Part shown: positions 49,590 to 63,369 of the stretch, piece after piece
Layout of the letters: each line of letters starts with the position of its first letter
How positions within the stretch are numbered: position 1 is the stretch's first letter
Source of the DNA: the human T2T-CHM13v2.0 reference genome, Homo sapiens
DNA: 64,000 bases
Direction: 5' to 3' (one strand)
Assembly: GCF_009914755.1 (NCBI RefSeq)
Contig: NC_060935.1
The notes under the pieces: generated by a model
The model's input: only the letters and a program-made list of their open reading frames with translations
What the model was told of the DNA's origin: nothing
Database searches by the model: none
Made by a program: the position numbers and the translations under genes

Positions 49590-52500
49590 TCAGCTTCCGG
49601 GTGTGACTGGAGCAGGGCTTGTCGTCTTCTTCAGGGTCACTCTGAAAGGGTTGTCTGGGCTTGGTCTTGCCTCCCAGGTTTCACGCGCTGCAGGTTTTAC
49701 ATGGCTGTGGTGGATCCAGGCTGGGATTCCTTCTACCTTCACAGCGGTGGGAGGGCTCAGAACGACAGTCTGGGGTCCTTTCCACAGTGGACACAAAGAG
49801 GCTACGTTCCAGTTCTTGATCCACACTCGATCACCTGGGGAGAAAGGGTGAACTGGGGAGAATAAGCTAACAGGCCATTTACTCAGGCTGAGATTGTTTG
49901 TGTAATTTTTCCTAAGGCCTGTAGCTGTCGCTGTAACTCAATTTCACCTAACTCTCAGGGAGTGCCTGGAAGTCCCCGCAATATAGGAGGGGGCCTATGA
50001 TATAATATTTCATAAGGGGAATATCCTGCTCTTTTAGAAGTGGTACATCTAATTTTAAATAATACCATAGGGAGAGCCTGTATCCATTTTAATCCTGTTT
50101 CCTGACATACTTTCCCTAAACTATTTTTGATAGTTTGATTCATTCGCTCCACCTTTCCGGAACTCTGAGGCCAGTAGGCAGCATGCAGTTTCCATGTGAT
50201 CCGTAATATCTTTGCCGCCTTCTGTACTAAGTCAGCCACAAATGCCGGCCTGTTATCTGAGCCGATCCGTAAGGGCAGTTCAAATCTAGGAAGAAGATCT
50301 CGAAGAAGCACACGAGTTACTTCACGAGCTTTCTCAGTTCGTGTTGGATAAGCCTCCACCTACCCAGAGTAGGTACGCCCAAGAACTAGTAAATACTTGT
50401 TACCTCTACACTTTGACATCTCTGTGAAGTCCACCTGGAGATCTTCAAAGGGGGCTGCTCCATAAGCTTGTATGCCGGGTGGAACGGCTGGACATTGCCT
50501 CGCATTATGCTGTGGGCAGGTAACACACCACTGCGTCACCGTTTTGGCAAGAGCTGACAAATGCGAGATGTAGAAATACCGGCCTAACAACTTTTCAAGT
50601 GACTCCTGACCTCGATGGGTGGTTTCATGCACAGCCAGTACAACTGCAGCTCCTAGCAGCTGTGGCGCAGCTTCTCTCCCATCCGGTAACCGAATCCATC
50701 CCTCCTCCATCACTTGTCCTCTCTCTGCCTGGAGGAAGTCCTTTTCTTCTTTAGAATAAGTAGGTACAAGATCAGGTGCTTGAGGGAGCATGGGGGCTGT
50801 GACTGATGCCCGGAAGGGGGCAGACGCTGCTTTTCGAGCCTCTAAGTCAGCGGGGGAATTCCCTAAACCCAGCAAGGTGGAAGCTCGCTGGTGTCCCCTG
50901 CAATGCATAACTGCCACCTTGTGGGGTCTCCATATGGCTTTTAACAATTGCAAGATTTCTTGTTGATATTTTATGTCTTTTCCCCCAGAGTTCAATAGGC
51001 CCTTTTCTTTATATAATGCTCCACGCACTTGAAGGGTTGAAAAGGCATATTGAGAGTCAGTGTAAATGTTGACATTCTTAGCTTCACTGAGTTCTCAGGC
51101 CCGAAGGAAAGCAATGACTTCAGCTTTCTGAGCTGAAGTGCCCTGGGGCAATGATCTGGCTTCAGCAACAGTGTCCAGAGTTACCACCGCATATCTTGCA
51201 CATCTCTCTCCTTGTGGGTTGATGAAGCTGCTCCCAGCCACGTATAGTTCCTAGTCTACTGGTGCCTAAGGCTGGTCCTGGAGGTTAGGTCTGCTAGAGT
51301 AAACTGAGCCCAACACTTCTACACAGTCATGCTCGACAGGGCTCTCTGATACTGGGAGCAAGGTAGCGGGGTTCAGCGTGTTACAAACTTCATTGGTTAT
51401 ACGGGGATTTTCACAGAGCAAACTTTAGTACTTAGTGAGTCTAGCATTCATTAGCCAATGATGTCCTTTAGTATTCATTAAAGTCACCACAGCACGGGAG
51501 GCCTTTATGTTCAGGTTTTGCCCAAGAGTCAGCTTATCTGCTTCTTGTACTAGCAGGGCAGTTGCTGCCAAGGCCCTCAAACACGGGGGCCATCCTTTAG
51601 AAACCCCGTCTAGTTGTTTAGAGAGGTAGGCCACCGGCCTCAGCCAGGGCCCCACAGTTTGGGTTAAAACTCCAACTGCTATCTTTTCTCTCTCTGACAC
51701 ATACGATGGAAAAGGCTTTGTTAGATCGGGTAGCTCCAGGGCTGGGGCTGACGTAAGTTTTTCCTTTAACTCATGAAAGGCTTGCTGTTGCTGGGATCCC
51801 CATTCAAAACGTTCCCTGTCCCCCCCCAACCCCTTTGTGACCTCATACAAAGGCTTGGTTTATACTGCAAAGTTTGGGATCTACAGTCTGCAAAACCCCA
51901 CAGCCCATAAGAATTCTCTCACCTGCCTTCTGGTCTTAGGCTCTGGTAGATTTCAAATGACCTGCTTTCTTTCTGATCCTAGGCTGCTCTCCCCCTTTTG
52001 GATAGTAAATCCTAAGTAATGTACCTGCTGTCGGCAGATCTAAGCTTTTTTCTTGGACATCTTATACCCACAGCCCTCCAGGTGCCGGAGTAGAGCATCT
52101 GTTCCTTTGGTGCACCCGACTGCCGTGGGGTGTCCCAGCAAAAGATCATCAATGTACTGGAGCAACACGCAGTCTAGGTCTCTGGTGGGAAACTTCTGGA
52201 GGTCTCGAGGCAATGCCTCCCCGAAGATGGTGGGGGAGTTCTTGAACCCTTGGGGAAGCCCGGTCCAAGTGTACTGAGTAGTGACACCTGACTCCGGATC
52301 TTCCCACTGAAAGGCAAACAGCTTCTGGCTCTCAGGGGCTAATCTGATGCTGAAGAAAGCATCTTTCAGGTCCAAGCAGGTGAAGCAGCTGTCCTCAGCT
52401 GGCAGCAACCCCAGCAATGTGTACGGGTTAGGTACTGCTGGATGTAAAGTCACTGTAGCTTGATTAACCAAGCGCAAATCCTGTACCGGCCAGTAGTCCT

Positions 52501-53036
52501 TGGTCTTAGGCTTGGGAACAGGCAGGAGGGGAGTGTTCCATGGAGACTGACAAGGAACTCTGATTCCAAAAGTTCTTAGGTGCTTGAGATGGACCTGGAT
52601 ACCTTCAAGAGTTTCTCTGGGGACCGGCTCCTGTTTTTGCCTAACCGGCTGGGCCCTAGGCTTAACTGGCCAATCCTGGAGGGTTGTCTTTTGCCCATGA
52701 CTTTAGCAGCAAGGAGCCATGCTCTGTAAAAGAGATAGTGGCTCTCAGTTTGCTAAGCAAGTCCCTTCCAAACAAGCACAAGGGACAGTCAGGTGTGTAC
52801 AAAAACTGATGAATCACTTTATGTCCTCCTACAGCACAAGTCCGGGGCAAGCAGAAAGCTTGCTTTGCTGAAACTCCTGTGGCTCCAATGATGTCAATAA
52901 TCTTTTTGGATAAGGGGGTGACCGGGGCGGTTACTACCGAATGTTTAGCTCCGGTATCTACAAGAAAATCAATGTCTTTACCCCTAACTGTCATCCTGAC
53001 CATAGGCTCTTTAGGGGTCCTTGAGCCCAGTCCCCC
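49590..53036 (-). pseudogene. pol: HERV-E pro-pol (disrupted)
   Basis: FLVDTGA, LDLKDAF, LPQGF, YIDD, HHCC (HETTH..CVTC), LQVDF..SDN..KVER. Confidence 0.95.
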
Positions 53037-54626
53037 TCAGTCCAATAACCCTTCTGCCAGGTTGAGCAGGGTGCCTTCATCCTTGTCCGGGGCCTCCTGC
53101 TCTGAGTCACCTTGTTTTCTTTTTAGCTGAGGGCATTTGTTTTTCCAATGTCCTATTTCTTTACAATAAGCACACTGATTACGCTGCAAGCTCTGACAGC
53201 CAGGCTGAGTTTCCTTTCCAGGGCCCCCCTTCCCTTGCCTCTTTTGGGGGACCCCTCTGATTGCTGCCGCTAACAGGTCGGTGTTTCGCTGGGCCTGACG
53301 TTCATTGTCTCTGTGGTTTTCCTTACGGCTTACTGCATCCCTGTTTACAAACGCCTGGTTAGCTATTTCTAATAACTGTGATGTGTTCATCCCTGCAAAC
53401 TCAGCCTGTTTCTGCAGTTTTCTTCTAATGTCTTCTGCGCTTTGGCTAACTAAAGCCATGTTAATCATGCCTTGATTTTCAGGGCTATCGGGATCAAAGG
53501 GAGTATACATACCATAGGCCTCACACAGACTCTCCTACAATTGTGCTGGACTTTCTTCTTTTCTCTGAATGACCTCAGAGACTTTGTTAACATTTGTGGC
53601 CTTCTGGGCTCCCCTCTTTAATCCTTCCAAGAGAGCTTCCCTGTCTCTGTTTAGCCTTTGCATATCCTCTCTTTCATGTGGGTCCCACTGGGGGTCAGTT
53701 CCTGGTAACTGGGTCCTTACATACTCTTGGGGGTTTTGGTAATCAGCTGGTGCATGTTCCTCTAGCCACTTAGTTGCCGCTTGGAGCACTCTCCACCTTT
53801 CATCTGTGTTAAAGAGGAACATGAGCAACTGGTGGCAATCAGCCCAGGTGGGGTTATGGGTCTGGATAATAGTTTGGAGCAAATCAATCAGAGCTTGTGG
53901 CTTTTCGGTACAGGATGGGGTATTGTCTTTCCAGTTGAGAAAGTGGGCAGAGGTGAAGGGCTGGTACCCAAAAACACACCTCCCCACCACGTGACCATCC
54001 TCATATATCCCAGTATACCGCTGCTCTCTCAGGGGCATTTGTGTCCCCGTTTTGGGTCTTAAACGAGCTGCCAAGGGAGGGGTTTCTCCCGAGTCCTCAC
54101 CTCCTCTCTTGTCTACTCTGGGTGGCCTAGGGATATGTTTGTCTTGTGGAGGCACAAGCACTGTGGACTCAAAAGTGGGGAGCCTGCCTCCCTGGTAAGG
54201 AGAGGGCACCACTGAGATCACTGGTGCCATCTCCTGCAATGGATCTTCTGATGCTGGGTCGAACAGAACTTCAGGAGTTGATTTCCCTCGGCGGGTGGAG
54301 CGGGATCCTTCCTTGGCTATCTGTCACTTTGCTACTAGCGCTGCTGCTGCCTGCCCTCTTAGCCACTGTGGGGGGTTTAGCATCAGCTGTAACCAAGTGT
54401 CTATGTGTGGAAACTGGTCTGAGTGTCCTGACTTACCAGTTATCTTGTGCCATACCTTAGAAACAAGGGACCTGTCCAGGCTTCCTTCTGATGGCCATCC
54501 TACTTCTAATGTTGGCCAATCTATTTCACACAAAGTTCTAAGTTCCCCAAAGTCTCCATTAAATCCTCTCTTAAAATTTTTCAACATAGTTCCTAGGGGA
54601 GTAGGCTTACTTTGTATCTGACCCAC
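53037..54626 (-). pseudogene. gag: HERV-E gag (disrupted)
   Basis: GTG-GQIQSKPTPLG, WPSEGS, HNPTWADCHQLL, CAYCKEIGHWKNKC. Confidence 0.93.
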
Positions 54627-55150
54627 GTTTCCTCGAGACAAAACACCAAGCTCACACCACACGCACACCACAGAACAAAGAATGGGTAAAAAGGGCACAC
54701 ACACACTTTTTCAGTTTTCACCAAACCAGAATCAAAACCAAAATCAGAGTATCCAGAAATCCATGCCAGGTCAAACCAAAACCAAAGTATCAAGCAATTC
54801 AAGTCAAGCCAAAAACAAAAACCAAAGTGCCAGTACAGGCACGCCGTGGGTGATCAGGCCACGCTTCCACTCAAATGGAGTGGGCAAGTTCCAAAGACCA
54901 GTCTTACCAAGTTTCAAATGTCCGGACTCCAAGTGCCTCTTCCTTCCCTGTGTTCAGCCACTGTGTTGATCCTCCATGGGGGCCTACCACACACTGCTCT
55001 GACGAGGCATTCCTCCGGGGCAATTGCTTACCCGGGAGAGCTCTCAGGATCCGCATCGCTCAAGCTGGCCGGAGTCCCCCGCAGGGATGCTCCACAGGGC
55101 AGGCCTAAGCCACCTAACGGGCTGCCTCGACTTTCCGTCAATTACCTCGC

Positions 55151-55168
55151 TTCCCGGTCAGGGAACCA
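55151..55168 (-). other. tRNA-Glu primer binding site (HERV-E)
   Basis: TGGTTCCCTGACCGGGAA. Confidence 0.93.
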
Positions 55169-55175
55169 AGACTAG

Positions 55176-56290
55176 GGTGGGGGCAGTCTTTAAAGCTGTC
55201 TTCAAGGAACAGAAAGAGGAGTGGGGAAAGGATTTAGGATCTATGGGGTCAGCTAGGTTTCCTTTTGTGAGTTTATATAATGGTTTTATTAGGATGGCAA
55301 AACCAGATATCTAAAGATGAAAGTATCCAACCATGCCCAGGAAGGAAAGGAGTTGTTGTTTTGTAGAAGGGGTTGGGGTTTGAGAGATTAGTCACACACG
55401 ATCGGCAGGGAGAGCATGTGTGTTTTTATGAGAATTATGCGGAGATAGGTAACAGAGAAGGAAGAAATTTGTGCTTGACTGAAGTAATGGGGGCTGTCTT
55501 TGAAGCTTTGCAGCAGTACAGCCCAGGTAATTTGCTGAGCCTGATGGGTGTCAGGTTCAGTCCAAGTGAAAGTGAAGAGTGGCTGGGATGAAGGGTGCAA
55601 AGGAATAGTAAAGAAAGCATGTTTGAGATCCAGAACAGAATAATGGGTTGTGGAGGGAGGAATTGAGGATAGGAGAGTATATGTGTTTGGCACCTTGGGG
55701 TGGATAGGCAAAACAATTTGGTTGATAAGTCATAGATCCTGAACTAACTTGTAAGGCTTGTCTGGTTTTAGGACAGGTAAGATGGGGGAATTGTAAGGAG
55801 AGTTTATAGGCTTTAAAAGGCCATGCTGTAGCAGGTGAGTGATAACAGGCTTTAATCCTTTCAAAGCATGCTGTGGGATGAGATATTGGCATTGAGCTGG
55901 GTAAGGATGATTAGGTTTTAATGAGATGGTAAGAGGTGCATGATAGGTCGCCAAGGAGGGAGTAGAGGTATCTTCTACTTGTGGGTTAAGGTGGGTGGCA
56001 ATGAGATGTAGCTGTAATCCGGGAATAGTCAGGGAAGCAGATAATTTAGTTGAAGTGTCTCGGCCTAATAAGGGAACTGGGCAGGTGGGGATAACTAAAA
56101 AGGAGTGCTTAAAAGAGTATTGTCTATGTTGGCACCAGAGTTGGGGAGTTTTAAGAGGTTTAGAAGCCTGGCTGTCAATACCCACAACAGTTATGGAGGC
56201 AAGGGAAACAGGCCCTTGAAAAGAAGGTAATGTGGAGTGGGTAGCCTCTGTATCGATTAAGAAGGGGATGGACTTACGCTCCACTGTGAG
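55176..56290 (-). pseudogene. pol: HERV-H pro and 5' pol
   Basis: FLIDTEAT (DTG>DTE), GRD, SPYNSPILPV, VLDLKHAFF; YxDD region absent. Confidence 0.9.
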
Positions 56291-56459
56291 AGTAACCTAG
56301 AGCGTCTGTGATGGTCCTGTAGGCTTCCGAGGCGATCGATCGGGCAGTGTCGGTCTGCAGCTGCTAAGCCAAGAAGATCTGGGAAGGAGTCAGTCAGGGA
56401 GCCTTGGGCTGGAGATCCAGGGGCTCTGGGAGTGGCTGCCAGGTGAGTTGAACAGTCCG

Positions 56460-57540
56460 ATTTCTAGTGGGGTCCCGCACAGATGGGACATGGCTTAGGA
56501 GGAATCCCGTGTTGCAGGCATTCCTTGGCCTGGTGGCCAGATTTCTGGCACTTGTAGCAAGCTCCTGGGAGAGGCGGTTCTGGAGGAATGCCTGGCCACT
56601 GCGCTTTAGGTGTTTGGAAGCTCTTGTGTGTTGGAGATGTGGCTGGGGTTTGTCTCAGTGGAGGCAAGGAATTGCAACTGAGAAATATGTTGCTACTTGG
56701 CTGCCTCTACTCTATTATTGTACACCTTGAAGGCGAGGTTAATTAAGTCCTGTTGTGGGGTTTCAGGGCCGGAATTTAATTTTTGGAGTTTTATTTAATG
56801 TCGGGGGCAGATTGGGTAATAAAATGTATACTGAGAATAAGATGGTCTTTTGAACTTTTAGGGTCTAGGGCTGTAAAGCATCTCAGGGTTGCTGCCAAAC
56901 GAGCCATGAACTGGGCTGGATTTTTATATTTGATGAAAAAGAGCCTAAACCTTATCTGATTTGGGATAAAGAAAAAGGAGCATTAACCTTGACTATGCCT
57001 TTAGCTCCAGCCACCTTTTTAAGAGTAAATTGCTGGGCAGGATGGGGAGGGCCAGTCACGGAATGAAACTGTAAGCCAGACCCAGTGTAAGGAGGGGAGG
57101 TGATAAAAGGATTATAGGGTAGAGGAGCAGAGGCTGAGGAAGAATTGGGACATAGCTCAGCCTGGCAAGGAGGGGAGAGGTCAGATGGGTCTGTAGAAAA
57201 GGAAGATTAGAAAGTCTCAGCGACACTTGGGGTTGGGACTGAGGGGACAGGTGGGAGGGAAAGAAAGATTTGGGATGAGTTGCATTGGGAACAGAGACTA
57301 GGGAGGGACCCATGTGTAAAAGAATGCCTGGACGTCAGGCACCTCAGACCATTTGCCCATTTATGACAAGAATTATCTAGATCTTGTAGGATGGAAAAAT
57401 TGAAAGTGCCATTTTCTGGCTATTTGGAACCACTGTTGAGTTTGTATTGGGGTCAAGTGGCATTGTAGAAGAAAATAAGGCATTTAGGTTTTAGGTCAGG
57501 TGTGAGTTGAAGAGGTTTTAGGTTTTGAAGAACACAGGCT
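56460..57540 (-). pseudogene. gag: HERV-H gag remnant
   Basis: CYKCQKSGHQAKEC and CPICAGPH* zinc knuckles. Confidence 0.8.
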
Positions 57541-58268
57541 AATGGAGAAGAAAGGGGAATGGAGGGTGGAAGCTTGCCCATAATGAAGGAGGCAAGCCTA
57601 GAGAAAAGAGAGAGTAGAGACACAAAGAGTAGGGGTGGGGTGGTCTTGCCTTCCAGAAAAGCAGGAAATGGGTTGGGGCACAGAAATAAAGGGTTGGAGT
57701 GCAGAGATAGGAGGTCAGGTTGTGGAAATAAGGGATCAGGGCACAGAGATAAGAGGGCGGGGCATAGAAATAAGGGATCGGGGTGCAGAGATAAGAGGGT
57801 GGGGTTCCTGTGCCTCCCCCAGAAAAGCAGGACTTGCCGCTAAGGGTGAAGGACCAAGGCAGGCGTCCCTGCATGGTCTGACACCTCTGAAACCTGGGTG
57901 AATAATCAGAGGCGTCCCTGCAATGATTAAACGCCAAGGGAAGGCTGCCTTCCCTAGTCCATGACCGGCACCAGAGTTTTGGGTCCACGGATAAAACGTG
58001 TCTCCTTGGTCTCTACCAGAAAATGAAAGGAATTGAAATTAAGAGAAGGGAGAGATTGAAGTGTGGTGCCAAGACTGAAAGGAGGAAGAGGTTGAGGGAT
58101 AGTGAGGGAGGTTGGAGAAGAGAGTAAAAAGAAGCTGCTTCCCAGATTTGAAATTGGTGAGATGTTTCTTGGGCTGGTCAGTCTGAGGACCTGAGGTCGT
58201 AGGTGGATCTTTCTCACAGAGCAAAGAGCAGGTGGACAGGGGATTGATCTCCCAAGGGAGGTCCCCCA

Positions 58269-58286
58269 ATCCGAGTCACGGCACCA
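58269..58286 (-). other. tRNA-His primer binding site (HERV-H)
   Basis: TGGTGCCGTGACTCGGAT, intact. Confidence 0.95.
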
Positions 58287-58288
58287 AA

Positions 58289-58640
58289 TTTCACATGCAT
58301 CCGTGTGAAGAGACCACCAAACAGGCTTTGTGTGAGCAATAAAGCTGTTTATTTCACCTGGGTTCAGGTGGGCTGAGTCCAAAAAGACAGCCAGTGATGG
58401 GAGATGGGGTGTGGCCATTTTATAGGATTTGTGTAGGTAAAGGAAAATGGGGGGTTGTTCTCTGGCAGGCAGGAGTGGGGGTCACAACGTGCTCAGTAGG
58501 GGAGCTTTTGAGCCAGGATGAGCAAGGAGAAGGAATTTCACAAGATAATGTCATCAGTTAAGGCAGGAACTGGCCATCTGGATGTGTACGTGCAGGTCAC
58601 AGGGGATATGATGGCTTAGCTTGGGCTCAGAGGCCTGACA
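58289..58640 (-). repeat. HERV-H 5' LTR (LTR7) with a 51-bp U3 deletion
   Basis: Direct repeat of 43716-44113 lacking one U3 repeat unit; TATAAAA present. Confidence 0.95.
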
Positions 58641-58823
58641 CTCTTCCTCCAGAGGAGGAGACCCAGACAGAAGAGGAGGAGGCAAGGTGATCACAGAGGC
58701 AGAGATTGGCTCATGCAGCCACAAGTTGAGGAATTCCAGGAGCCTCTATAAGCTGGAAGACGCAAGGAATGGATTCTCCCCTAGAACCTCTGAAGGAGCA
58801 TGCTCCTGCTGACCTTTGATTGA

Positions 58824-59147
<324 letters not shown>

Positions 59148-59911
59148 CCAGACATTGTTTGAAGCCACCCATTTCATGGTTCTTTGCTGCAGTGGTTGTG
59201 GAATATGAATGCACTCGTGCTGTTGGTTAGACTTTGCTGCCCTTTGGTCTGTTATTCCCTGGCAGTTCTACAAGGCCTGGAGCTGATACAAAAAACCTCC
59301 CTTCTTTCCCAAATGGTCCCCAGCTTCCCCGATCACTGAAGGCCCTGCAGTCAGGAACAGTCAGGACTTTGCACCCAGTTGTTGTGGTTGTTTGGCAGAC
59401 CCTTCCTCTTGTGTGATTCATGGACCCGCAGCATTGCGTTACCTGGGAGCTTTTGGAATTGAAGACTCTCAGGGCTCACCCGGAAGGACCTCCTGGGCCA
59501 GAATCTGCATTTTAACAAGATGCCCAGGTGATTTGCATACACGTTCAGATCTGAGAAGCGCTAGTAGGAGAGGCTTTAAGGTGGTAATTAGATCTTTTCT
59601 CCACCTGCAAGAATCTTAGTTTCTTCATGTTAAATCTATTAACTGTGGCAATGGCGTGGGGGGTTATAAAACAAAATCCTTACATCAGGAATGCACCCTG
59701 GCGTGTTATGGATGTGGGTGAAATGAAATGTCTGGAATTTGCTTTAAAATATCCTAAAATAGCAAGAAGGAAAAGAAAAGTGGGAACTGGAATGAGATTG
59801 GAGAAATGTTGACAAGTTCTTGCAGTGGGATGATGGGTGCATGGGGGTTCATGGTATAATTCTTTCCCTGCTTTTTGTGTATATGGGAAATTTCCATAAT
59901 GAAAAGTTAGA

Positions 59912-60195
59912 GGTCGGGCACGGTGGCTCATGCCTGTAATCTCAGCATTTTGGGAGGCTGAGGTGGGTAGATTGCTTGAACCTAGGAGTTCAAGACCATC
60001 CTGGACAACATGGTGAAAACCCATCTCTACTAAAAATGCAAAAATTAGGCATGTTGACAACATGCCTGTAGTCATGTTGAGGCACAAGGTTGAGACATGA
60101 GAATCACTTGAACCCAGGAGGCGGAGGTTGCAGTGAGTCAAGATCGCACCATTTCACTCCAGCCTGGGTGACAGAGTGAGACTTGGTCTCAAAAC
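59912..60195 (+). mobile_element. Alu
   Basis: Forward dimer. Confidence 0.88.
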
Positions 60196-60204
60196 AATTT
60201 TTAA

Positions 60205-60498
<294 letters not shown>

Positions 60499-60503
60499 CT
60501 TAA

Positions 60504-60811
<308 letters not shown>

Positions 60812-61202
60812 CTCAACTGTTTTTCATGACTCCACTTTTTCTCCCCTCTTGGAAATGAGTAGTCTTTGAGGGAATGTCTTTTTTGTCTCAATCTCTGGTT
60901 TCTTTGCTCAATGCACCTGTGTTTGGGGCTTTGTTGATCTCCAGGCCTTTTTCAGCAGAGTTGTCCCTGGAGAGCAGGATGGGAGCTGATGGCTTCTCAG
61001 CATCTTTTAACTCATTTTAAAGATGACTATCAACAACATCTAGTCAGCATCTGTTGCTCTCGGCAGCTGGGACTTCATTTCTTTTCTCTTTCTCCACCTC
61101 TCTAACCTCTTTAAGACTCTGGCTTTGTCATGGGTACAGCATCACCTGTGTGGCCCTTAGGCTCTCTTACTTACATGTGATCTGCGTATTATGTCTTTAC
61201 TT

Positions 61203-61410
61203 CAGGGCTTCTCAACCAGGGGGTGATTTTGCCCCCCAGAGAACATGTGGCCATGTCTGGAGACAATTTTGGTTGTTGCGGCTGGAGGAGGTGGTGCTAC
61301 TGGCAGCTAATGGGTAGAGGCCAGCGATGCTGCTAAGCATCCTACAATGCCCCGGACAACTCCCACTAAGACAGAATAATGATCCAGCCCCAAATGTCAA
61401 TAGTGCTGAA
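61203..61410 (+). mobile_element. MER20 hAT MITE
   Basis: TTCTCAACCAGGGGGTGATTTTGCCCCCCAG..GGAGACAATTTTGGTTG..CCCAAATGTCAATAGTGC. Confidence 0.85.
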
Positions 61411-62951
61411 AGTGAGAGACCCTGATTCCATCTTAGAGATCATCCAAGCACACTTGGCCAAATTGTTTTTGCTACTGTCCCATGAAGAAAAGGCAGACTC
61501 ATGACTGATGGCAACATCGATGGGAATTTTGTTTACCTCTTCTTTGTGGACTTTGGGATACGATGACTTACCATTTGTGCAAGTTGTGCATTGCATACCT
61601 CCAGGGGGCGCCACCCACATATTTATGAAAATGCCACCCCAGGAATTGCACAGTACATAGTCTACATGGCAATAAGCAATTGCTCTGGTTTTGGGGTTGC
61701 CCTGGGGTGCTCTGGAACTGGGAGGAACTTTATTTCTGGCCATTAGAGGCCCTGAGCATGACATTGAGTATCCTTTCAAGAAAGGAGAAATGTTGAACAG
61801 AGAGGACCTCATTTTTATAACTCTTGACCATCATCTAGTTACAGAGCATCCACTTTTCACCCCTGGGCCATATCCATTTGACGGATGAAAAATCATCAAA
61901 TTATAATATCATGGCTTATACTTTTGATAGCTTCTGCCCGGAACATGGCGGTAACAGCTTCTCATTTTCAATTGATTCATTGGGGGAGAAAATATACACG
62001 GCTGCCCTAAGACTTTCTATTACATACCATTTGTTTGACGGGATTTCTTTAGTTTCTGTAGCATAACTTATTCTAACTGGTCCTCAATCACTTTGCAATA
62101 AAACCTGAGATCGTGAAGATGTTCATTGTCATTACCAGTGACGGAGCAAGTACAGAGTTCTGGAGAGGGAAGGAATCGAGAGAGTTAAACTAGCAGAATG
62201 AGCCGCTCACCCTCAGAATTGCTTTTAATCTTGGTGAGAACTGAGGGGAATTTTGACAGGGTTCAGGGGGATTGCGAGGAGTGGGGCTGGGAAGTGGCTG
62301 TTTGCACGTGTGGTCAGCAAATCCAGTGAGGGGGTCCATGTACTGTGGGCAGCCCCACAGATGGAGTTGGGATTGCCCTAGACTGAGTACTGGGTCATCA
62401 GTACTCAAGACATCGAGGCCCAGGCTGGTGCAGGAGATACATTTCACTGCTTCAGCCTTTCTTCTATCGCTCCTCTCCAATGACAGTCCCCGATTTTCCA
62501 CCGAGGAGTCACCAGTCCCCCACGACATGTTTGCGACTGGCCATTCCCCATCCTGATCTGGAGCTGGGGCATGTAGTCCCAGCCTGGATGTCAGCATCCT
62601 TCCACCACCCTGGCCACAGTGATTGGGTCTGAGAAGCAGATTAGCCAAAGGAGAAACAATCTTGGAAATTTCATGTTCATGCTTAAGAAAGTAAAATGGA
62701 AAGCGCGGGGAGGGTGAGGGGTCATTCTGATGATATAGTTTTAGGACCTGGATGTAGCCACACCTGTAGCTGTCAACTCTGTGCCACAGTACTGCTTTTT
62801 TTTTTTTCCTTCAAATTTAAATACTTTCTAAAGGCAAGCTCTTGCTATGTGGCTTAGGCTGGTTTTGAAAAGTCCCTTTTGGGGGGATGCTTTCACTGCT
62901 TCACTTCCTTTCTATGACAGCTCAGGGAATCAGAAGACAAGGGAGATGACT

Positions 62952-63360
62952 TTCATTTATTTTTTTGTTTGTTTGAGACAGGGCTTGCTCTGTTGCCCAG
63001 GCTGGAGTGCAGTGGTGCAATCACAGTTCACCACAGCCTTGATCTTCTGGACTCAAGCGACCCTCCTGCTTCAGCCTCCTGAGTAGCTGGGACTGTAGGT
63101 GGCTACCACCATGCCCAGCTAATTAAATTTTTTTTTTTTTTTTAGAAGTGAAATCTCACTATGTCACCCAGGCTGGCCTCAAATTCCTGGGCTCAAGTGA
63201 TCGCCCTGCCTTAGCTTCCCAAACATACAGGTGTGAGCCCCCACACCAGTCAACGCTGTGGTTTTATGCACCTCGTGTCCCCCTACGCCCTGAGCAATGA
63301 TCCTCCTGCTTCAACCTCCCAAAGTGCTGGGATAAGAGATGTGAAGCAGCATGTGTGGCC
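62952..63360 (-). mobile_element. AluJ plus an Alu fragment
   Basis: Reverse Alu bodies. Confidence 0.8.
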
Positions 63361-63369
63361 CACATAGTA

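Larger units (their letters stand above)
46990..55171 (-). mobile_element. ERVE: HERV-E provirus lacking its 5' LTR
   Basis: tRNA-Glu PBS, gag, pro-pol, env, PPT, single LTR2-family 3' LTR; CTAG on both sides. Confidence 0.93.
43716..58640 (-). mobile_element. ERVH: HERV-H provirus (deleted RTVL-H2-type) hosting MER11 and HERV-E insertions
   Basis: Two LTR7, His PBS, gag zinc knuckle, pro/pol fragments, 5-bp TSD CTCCT / CTCTT. Confidence 0.96.

Noticed and set aside
57670-57800. ~21-bp GGGCACAGAAATAAG-type repeats
   Set aside because: Normal HERV-H leader repeats.
61366-61812. 148-aa ORF containing a strong donor AAATG|GTAAGT at 61571
   Set aside because: No homology to ENPP7 exon 1 or any family I recognise; a lone donor is not evidence of an exon.
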